A stretch of DNA of 61,175 nucleotides from IMG/VR virus record IMGVR_UViG_3300037486_000366, positions 1 through 61,175 of that record; one strand, 5' to 3'. The notes under the pieces are model-generated. The model did no database searches. It was not told the origin of the DNA and saw nothing but the letters and a program-made list of their open reading frames with translations. Position numbers and translations under genes: made by a program. The stretch is from a virus. Taxonomy: Duplodnaviria; Caudoviricetes. Below are positions 46,699 to 53,266 of this stretch, piece by piece (within the stretch, counting starts at the first letter, position 1; each line of letters opens with the position of its first letter).

Positions 46699-46710
46699 AA
46701 ATCTTTCTCC

Positions 46711-47412
46711 TTACGCAAAAATATCAGTTCCAATAAATGGTTTATCAAAACCTGACAATATACAGGCATGATTTGCAAAGTCTAATGCAACATTTAAATT
46801 TAATACAGGAACTTTATAAGCTTCATTATTAGTACAACATTGTCTATATCGTAAAAAATGAAGAGCAATTTTATCTTCATCTTCAGAAGTAAGTTCATCT
46901 TTATATTGCATTGACCTAAACATTATATGTATCTTACCAAATGACTTCGGGCTATGACAAAATCTTGCCTTCACATCAAGATTAGGGTAATACTGAGAAA
47001 GATAAGTATTAATATACTGTATATCTAATGGGCAAAACCAACAACGCATTTCATATGGCAATTCATTATCAATACAAATTTGTGCTGCTTTTAAACAGGG
47101 CACACTCCCTTTAAGTGCTTTTGCTGGTTCGGTAAACTCTGCCCCTAACTTCCCATCATAGAAATATCCTTCAAGATATTGTTTCCAATTAATATTCCAC
47201 CCAGTTAATAAAGCAAATCCTGGCCAATCATACATATAAGCAGTTTTATTAGCAATCATCCAAGTAAGACAATCAAGATGAGACTGTTTAACGTCACTCA
47301 TAGTTATACTCTGGACTATATTAACTGGATATGCCCACATTGCTCGTCCTAAAAGATATTGTTTAAGCACTGATAATTGTACAGTATCTGTTATTGTATA
47401 TGTCCAATTCAT
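46711..47412 (-). CDS. Cys-containing protein of unknown function (radical SAM cassette)
   Basis: ATGA overlap with the glycosyltransferase; 9 Cys; no recognised family. Confidence 0.7.
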   Translation of the reverse strand: MNWTYTITDTVQLSVLKQYLLGRAMWAYPVNIVQSITMSDVKQSHLDCLTWMIANKTAYMYDWPGFALLTGWNINWKQYLEGYFYDGKLGAEFTEPAKALKGSVPCLKAAQICIDNELPYEMRCWFCPLDIQYINTYLSQYYPNLDVKARFCHSPKSFGKIHIMFRSMQYKDELTSEDEDKIALHFLRYRQCCTNNEAYKVPVLNLNVALDFANHACILSGFDKPFIGTDIFA

Positions 47413-48398
47413 AATAATGCTATAAACTCCTGTTTAAATTGTTCATAGTTAAATCTTTCTTTACCTGCCAATGCTATTATATGGGCTTCTTTTTCAAAAC
47501 TGGAAAGATCAGCATTTTTTATTTCCAAAAGATTTGCTATCATAGTATCAACATCATTTGTTTCATAATGAAGACCATCACACCAATTTACCCAATTTCC
47601 ATCAAACGTTCCAGAGTTCCTATCATTTACAATTAATGGAATTGTCCCAGTAAAAATAGCTTGCATAATAGTTGCATTAAAAGGTTCATACCCATCATGT
47701 GGTAAAATAAAGAATTTATAGTTATTAAGTTCTTTAGGCACCTCTGACTGTTTAATAAAGCTATTTAACTTTAAATTACCTGAGGATTGTGCACTAAACA
47801 ATAGATCATAGTAATCATTTTTAGATATAGGAAAAGACCAAGTCCAAGAAGGTTCTTCAGCATTCCACATTTTCCCAAAACACTCAATAAACAAGTCAGT
47901 TTGTTTTATCTTCTGAATAAACTCAACAGAAAATTTATGAGGAAGAACATGCCCAAAATAACAGAATAAGTTACGTTTGTTCCATGGAATCACGTAAGAA
48001 AAAATATCTGCTGTTGGGTAAAAACGATTCAATATTTTTGAATCATACAGAGTAGTAACAGCAGCAGGTTTCTTATTCAATATAACTATATATTCTGCCT
48101 TATTAAATAGTGGAACATACTCAGGTAAAAATAATTCTTTCCAAACATGTGCAATAACAATTAAACGTGTTGATGGATTATCAGTAATATAATTAAGAAT
48201 ATGTGTTATGACATTCGGGTAAAGCTCATTTAAAATAATTAAATCAGGAGTAAGTAAACTAAATGCATCATAGTAATTAATTCCTTGTTGCTTTATTACT
48301 GATATATCTGGATTTGCTTCTTTTACCCATTCACCAATAATTGAACCATAGTATTCAATGGCTGAACCAACATTAAGATTTACAAATACTATTTTCAT
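47409..48398 (-). CDS. GT-B fold glycosyltransferase (GT4-like)
   Basis: MKIVFVN, PDLIILNE, FCYFGH, FFILP...YEPFNATIMQAI.TG..P (E-x7-E/Q motif). Confidence 0.78.
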   Translation of the reverse strand: MKIVFVNLNVGSAIEYYGSIIGEWVKEANPDISVIKQQGINYYDAFSLLTPDLIILNELYPNVITHILNYITDNPSTRLIVIAHVWKELFLPEYVPLFNKAEYIVILNKKPAAVTTLYDSKILNRFYPTADIFSYVIPWNKRNLFCYFGHVLPHKFSVEFIQKIKQTDLFIECFGKMWNAEEPSWTWSFPISKNDYYDLLFSAQSSGNLKLNSFIKQSEVPKELNNYKFFILPHDGYEPFNATIMQAIFTGTIPLIVNDRNSGTFDGNWVNWCDGLHYETNDVDTMIANLLEIKNADLSSFEKEAHIIALAGKERFNYEQFKQEFIALL

Positions 48399-48874
48399 TC
48401 TTTACTCCTTAAGGAATCGAGATACATCTTTGTAAACTCAATTGTTGGAAGCATATAAATCTTTTCTAATGCTTCTATTCTATGAAACAGTCTTTTTGTC
48501 ATATAAAACAAATCTTCAAGTGAATGTCTCATTCGATAGATTGCCTCAACTCGGTTTATTGCGTCACTAATATATTTATCTTTAACGGAACTTTCATTCC
48601 AGCTTTTAATTAAAAAGCAATATTTTTCAATAAACATGGCAAATTCCTTGGTTATTGGAACCTCAAAAAACACCCCAAAAAATGTATCTAACCACTTTGA
48701 AACCATAGGAATTTGTTCTTGTGCTAACTTATCTTCCCCATCAACTAATTTAATACATGAAGTAGCAACATTATTAATCTGTGCTCTGATCTCATCAAGG
48801 TGAGGACCTTTAAATGGAGATAATTCTACTTCTTTTAAGAGCTCTAAACTAAGTTTTTCAATTTGATCTTTCAT
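48395..48874 (-). CDS. Helical protein of unknown function (radical SAM cassette)
   Basis: ATGA overlaps on both sides. Confidence 0.7.
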   Translation of the reverse strand: MKDQIEKLSLELLKEVELSPFKGPHLDEIRAQINNVATSCIKLVDGEDKLAQEQIPMVSKWLDTFFGVFFEVPITKEFAMFIEKYCFLIKSWNESSVKDKYISDAINRVEAIYRMRHSLEDLFYMTKRLFHRIEALEKIYMLPTIEFTKMYLDSLRSKE

Positions 48875-50043
48875 AAAGTATTCCTTAATGAGTCTATTAT
48901 TTCATGTTTATGGTGAATAAGTTGACACACAGAAGGAATTGGGGTAAACATATCCCCAGTTGATTCATACTGTGCCCCTAAACATTGCCCCATACACTTA
49001 TCTTTTATTCCACACATATTACAATATGGTTGATTCTTAAAATCACAATAATGAGTTGCTACATACAGAGTAAAATTCTTTTCATTTGTCCCAACAATCT
49101 TATTCTCTTCCACTTTCATATCAAATAATTCAAACTCTTTATACATTAACCTATGACAGGGAAAACTTTTTAAATCACCCAAACGAATATGATAATGAGG
49201 TTGAAGAGCACATGCCAAACCTTTATTTGTTTTAGCATAAATATTAGTTAAAATATTAAAACCTTTATGTTGGGCGAATAAATCATTAACATTTCCTTTG
49301 CTTGCTAAATACCCCATAAGATAAGTAATAAATTTTCCATATTGTTTTATTTGTTCTTCTGACCATTCTGCATTACGTACTTCTAATAAGTATAGAAAGA
49401 ACCATGGAAAATCATATAATTTAAGCATATCTTGGAACCAATTAAAGTTATCAATCCATCGTTCTATACCATTAGAATACACCATTGGGTGAAAACCAAC
49501 ATCTCCAGTTTTCTTAACAAATTCAAAGGCTGTATTATACCAGTATTGATCCCTATGACCATAAATACATGGGCGATTTTCATCATCCATGAACGGTCCA
49601 TCAAAAGAAGCGCTATTAAACAATATTGCTCCTTTATCTTTAAACTTTTTCTTATATGAAAATATCTTGTCCTCATTACCAGTAAAAATAAAATTAAAGT
49701 TTGTGGGAACAACACAACGCAACCCTGACCAGGCATAAGAAAGAATTAAATCAAGTAATTCAAACCCTATTTGTTGTGAGTAAAGTTCTCCTGAAAATAT
49801 CTCAAGATTAGGTTTCCAATTATTTTTTTTCAACCACTCAAATACTAATACTGCATTAGAAATAATTTTTTCTTCATCTTGTGTTCCTGAAGGAAATAAC
49901 TTATCTCTATGTCTATGAATATAACAGTAAGTGCACATATTATCACATTTACCATTAACAATAAGTTCAAGGGTAAAAAACGAATTTTCTTTCTCCCAAG
50001 CTTTATAGAATGTACGCGATAATAAATTATCAAGTAAAGTCAT
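48871..50043 (-). CDS. Radical SAM/SPASM-domain enzyme
   Basis: CDNMCTYC, FSGE, SFDGP; SPASM cysteines C..PCH and CNMCGIKDKCMGQC...C. Confidence 0.93.
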   Translation of the reverse strand: MTLLDNLLSRTFYKAWEKENSFFTLELIVNGKCDNMCTYCYIHRHRDKLFPSGTQDEEKIISNAVLVFEWLKKNNWKPNLEIFSGELYSQQIGFELLDLILSYAWSGLRCVVPTNFNFIFTGNEDKIFSYKKKFKDKGAILFNSASFDGPFMDDENRPCIYGHRDQYWYNTAFEFVKKTGDVGFHPMVYSNGIERWIDNFNWFQDMLKLYDFPWFFLYLLEVRNAEWSEEQIKQYGKFITYLMGYLASKGNVNDLFAQHKGFNILTNIYAKTNKGLACALQPHYHIRLGDLKSFPCHRLMYKEFELFDMKVEENKIVGTNEKNFTLYVATHYCDFKNQPYCNMCGIKDKCMGQCLGAQYESTGDMFTPIPSVCQLIHHKHEIIDSLRNTL

Positions 50044-51214
50044 TCATAACCTCAGCAATATATTTATCATATTCAGCATAACAAAAAAGTTGAATAAGGT
50101 TCAAATCAACTAAGTTGATAGATCCCATATTTATCAATTCAGCTTTACATGCTCCAGTAACCATGACCAATAATAAAGACATAAATGATCGACGTTGTGG
50201 ATCATTATAAACATCACTTATTTTATTTGCTAATAACAACTCAATCATTAACATATTAACTAATGCAAGACGAAAAGCATAATAACGATGAAAACCATTA
50301 ATAAGATATAAAAACCGTGAACTATCTTCCACAAATGAATATTCTTTCCTAAACTTTTGTTGTGGAAATAAGAAATATTGACACAGTGTTTTTTCCTTTA
50401 CTGTTGTAGCAATTGCAGATCTTCCAGCTGAACACTGGGCTCCATAATGATATGAAGAAAAATCAGACAAATTTAATATAGTATTTATAAACAAGGGCTC
50501 CATGGGATAAACTACATATGGAACAGTCTTTCTTAACTGCTTCATATGCTCAATAACTATTTTAAATGCTTGTATTTGCTCATCAGTATAGTTTCCAGGA
50601 TAACACGGTCCAGGAGCAAGACAAACATAATTATCTCTATATCCTGCTTTAATTAAAATATCAGTAACATTTTTCATATAACTATAGTATTCATATATCA
50701 TCTGAACGTTTTTAGCAAGATAAGTATAATGTTCTGGCCCCCATGTAACTTTATATCTCATAGTTAAATTTTTATACGTATGTTCTGTTACAAAATCAAG
50801 CAGCCCTTGTAATCCAGCATGTATTTGCTCATGTTTCTTTCTTCCTATTTTTGTGAGTTCTGGAGGGCCATCTATTGAAAACTGAACATCTAATTTAAAA
50901 TTATAAAGCTCTACTTTTTTAATAAATCTTTTTACTGGGGCAATATCTATAAGGTTTGTTGAGAACATAATCTTTTTTAAGTTTTTAAAACGATTAACAA
51001 TATAATCAAGATCATCAATTAAATAATCAAGATTAATAGTAGGTTCTCCTCCCCATAAACTTAGGTCTTCAATCTCTAATGGGACATTTTCCCATATTTT
51101 TCTACTTTTAATGCTATGTATAACTTCATCATTATTCATAGTTTTATCTAATAAACAATATGAACAATCGAGTTGACATTTAGATGATAATAATATTTGT
51201 GACCCTATAAACAT
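50030..51214 (-). CDS. Radical SAM enzyme with partial (twitch-like) auxiliary domain
   Basis: CQLDCSYC, WGGEPT, STN, FSIDGP; QCSAG...LC and GAC...FC. Confidence 0.92.
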   Translation of the reverse strand: MFIGSQILLSSKCQLDCSYCLLDKTMNNDEVIHSIKSRKIWENVPLEIEDLSLWGGEPTINLDYLIDDLDYIVNRFKNLKKIMFSTNLIDIAPVKRFIKKVELYNFKLDVQFSIDGPPELTKIGRKKHEQIHAGLQGLLDFVTEHTYKNLTMRYKVTWGPEHYTYLAKNVQMIYEYYSYMKNVTDILIKAGYRDNYVCLAPGPCYPGNYTDEQIQAFKIVIEHMKQLRKTVPYVVYPMEPLFINTILNLSDFSSYHYGAQCSAGRSAIATTVKEKTLCQYFLFPQQKFRKEYSFVEDSSRFLYLINGFHRYYAFRLALVNMLMIELLLANKISDVYNDPQRRSFMSLLLVMVTGACKAELINMGSINLVDLNLIQLFCYAEYDKYIAEVMNDFT

Positions 51215-51216
51215 AA

Positions 51217-51663
51217 TTAAGAAATACCTGCATTATTATAAGTACCATTATAACCGGTATTATGTGTACTATAATGTGTTGTATAATGTGTAGCCCTATA
51301 AGTAGTAAGATTAGAAGATAAATGCGTAGTATAATGAGTAGCACAATAACTTGCATTATGTGTTGCTAAGTAAGTAACAAGATTAGAGGCTAAATGTGTT
51401 GCTAAATAAGTTGCATAATAAGTATGACAGTAATTATTAGTATGAGCTTCATCAAGGGCAGTTCGTAATTGAAGATAATCCATTGTACCTGTACCAGAAT
51501 CCTGTCTTGTAGGATCATATTGTGCTGGTGTTCTACTCCATGAATAGGCTCCTAAACCTGTTAATGAACGTAAAGTATCTATATTCGTCTGTAGTTCAGT
51601 AACATGAGAGGCTTTAGGTTTTGTTACATATTGTGTAAGTGCTTCAGCCCATGAAAAAGACAT
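51217..51663 (-). CDS. Tetrapeptide-repeat protein B (candidate radical SAM substrate, tail-associated)
   Basis: AGAGGAG RBS before ATG 51663; C-terminal 17 repeats YCHT YYAT YLAT HLAS NLVT YLAT HNAS YCAT HYTT HLSS NLTT YRAT HYTT HYST HNTG YNGT YNNA. Confidence 0.8.
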   Translation of the reverse strand: MSFSWAEALTQYVTKPKASHVTELQTNIDTLRSLTGLGAYSWSRTPAQYDPTRQDSGTGTMDYLQLRTALDEAHTNNYCHTYYATYLATHLASNLVTYLATHNASYCATHYTTHLSSNLTTYRATHYTTHYSTHNTGYNGTYNNAGIS

Positions 51664-51692
51664 TTTGTTTTTCTCCTCTTGAGTAGCGACCG

Positions 51693-52040
51693 CTACCCGC
51701 CAATTGCCCCACCGCAATCACCAGAAAGAAAACCATTCCAATGAGTCCCATAGTGAGCTCCTCTATTAGTAGCATAATGGGGGACTAAATTAGTAACAAG
51801 ATAGGTACCACAATAACTTGCATCATGAGTAGCTAAATAAGTAGTAAGATTAGAAGATAAGTGTGTAGTATAATGAGTGGGGCAATAACTTGCATTATAT
51901 GCAGTTAAATGAGTGGTATGGTGAGTTGCACAATAAGCAAGATTATTATGAAGCCAATCAGAATTATCTCGTATTTCTTGAACATCTACACGTTCATCGT
52001 TTAATCTTTGTGCAATAGTTTGTGCCCATGTAAAAGCCAT
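51693..52040 (-). CDS. Tetrapeptide-repeat protein A (candidate radical SAM substrate, tail-associated)
   Basis: Starts 1 nt after the tail fibre stop; YCAT HHTT HLTA YNAS YCPT HYTT HLSS NLTT YLAT HDAS YCGT YLVT NLVP HYAT NRGA HYGT HWNG... Confidence 0.8.
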   Translation of the reverse strand: MAFTWAQTIAQRLNDERVDVQEIRDNSDWLHNNLAYCATHHTTHLTAYNASYCPTHYTTHLSSNLTTYLATHDASYCGTYLVTNLVPHYATNRGAHYGTHWNGFLSGDCGGAIGG

Positions 52041-52041
52041 C

Positions 52042-53265
52042 TTATTTCACCTTTACCCAATGTCGTTTTCGTACTTCTATACCATTCCAGATAGGGTTCA
52101 ATTCTTCCCTCAAAAAAGTAGCTATAATTCTTTCCGGGTAATTTTTACAAGATACTCTTGTCATTCTCGTAAGTTTACCATTTTTATCACTAGTTAAAGG
52201 TGTACCAGGAACATACACTCTATCAACACAGGCAAGAACATACCCAGCCACAGAAATAGGAATACTGTTCTTCTTAACCCCAACCCCGAAACCATAAGTA
52301 TCAGAAGCAATTCCAATTATTCCTACTTGACAGTATTGAGTTGATAAGGTAACTTCCCTGCCTTTCATTACGTATACTCTACCAAATTCAATTTTAAGTT
52401 TATGCTCTAACTCCAAGAAGTCAGCAATATCATTATAAACTGCATTATATATTTTTCCTGAAGAAAGTCTTCCATGTGTATCTGGAGTTTCTGATGGGGC
52501 TGATGCATCAGAATGCCAAATAATAGCGAGGTTTTGAGCACTTGCATTTTGAAAATAAAACTGTGCTGCTGCACCATCAGCTGCAGTATTTTTAAATGTT
52601 ATAGTAGTGCCACAAACTATGGTTGCACTATTTGCTGTAATTGTGCCCCCAGTACTAACTAAAGTAAGTCCAGAAATTGTACCAGAAGCAGCAGTAATAT
52701 TACCAGAACTTGTTAATGTAGCCCCAGATATTGTACCAGAAGAAGCAGTAATGTTGCCAGTACTAATAAGAGTAGCCCCAGAGATTGTACCAGCCGCTGC
52801 AGTAATATTACCAGTACTAACAAGAGTACCTGCAGAAATTGTACCAGAAGCAGCAGTAATATTGCCAGAGGCTGTTAGAGTAGTAACATCAAGTCTTTGT
52901 GCGCTACCCCACCAAGCTTGTTCTCTTGGAAGATTCGTAACTGTTGCGGTACCTGCACCTCCAAACACTTGATATGGTCCTGCTTCTACAGTACCATTAA
53001 TTGTCAGGGTTTTAAGAGCAGTAACAGTTAAAAGACAACCTTTAGGAAGTTTTAATGTTACATTTGCTGGAATAGTTAAATTATCAGTCACAGTCCATGT
53101 GCCTGGACGAAGAAGCAAAGTAACTGTATCACCACCAATTGCTGCTAATGCAGTATTTAATGTTGCTAAAGTAAAATTATTACTTGTCCCATATCTTACT
53201 AAAGCATCTACTTCATTAAGAACATGAAGACCACCAATTAAAGTTCCAGCAAGTAATTGTGCCAT
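52042..53265 (-). CDS. Tail fibre with C-terminal intramolecular chaperone / autocleavage domain
   Basis: 18-aa Thr/Gly repeats; YNAVYNDIADFLE...IGIASDTYGF..G...P....G.V...ERII...WVKVK resembles Peptidase_G2-type chaperone domains. Confidence 0.8.
   Translation of the reverse strand: MAQLLAGTLIGGLHVLNEVDALVRYGTSNNFTLATLNTALAAIGGDTVTLLLRPGTWTVTDNLTIPANVTLKLPKGCLLTVTALKTLTINGTVEAGPYQVFGGAGTATVTNLPREQAWWGSAQRLDVTTLTASGNITAASGTISAGTLVSTGNITAAAGTISGATLISTGNITASSGTISGATLTSSGNITAASGTISGLTLVSTGGTITANSATIVCGTTITFKNTAADGAAAQFYFQNASAQNLAIIWHSDASAPSETPDTHGRLSSGKIYNAVYNDIADFLELEHKLKIEFGRVYVMKGREVTLSTQYCQVGIIGIASDTYGFGVGVKKNSIPISVAGYVLACVDRVYVPGTPLTSDKNGKLTRMTRVSCKNYPERIIATFLREELNPIWNGIEVRKRHWVKVK
52648..52881 (-). 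repeat. Four-plus 54-bp (18-aa) tandem repeats in the tail fibre shaft
   Basis: TTGTACCAG...GCAGTAAT anchors at 52677, 52731, 52785, 52839; TLxSxGNITAxxGTISxx. Confidence 0.9.
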
Positions 53266-53266
53266 A

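Noticed and set aside
48871-51214. NrdG, QueE or anaerobic sulfatase maturase housekeeping roles for the rSAM genes
   Set aside because: No nrdD, que or sulfatase genes are present; size, SPASM cysteines and adjacent repeat proteins fit peptide maturases better.
51217-52040. Diversity-generating retroelement template/variable repeat pair
   Set aside because: No reverse transcriptase in the genome, both copies are coding, and the mismatches are not restricted to adenines.
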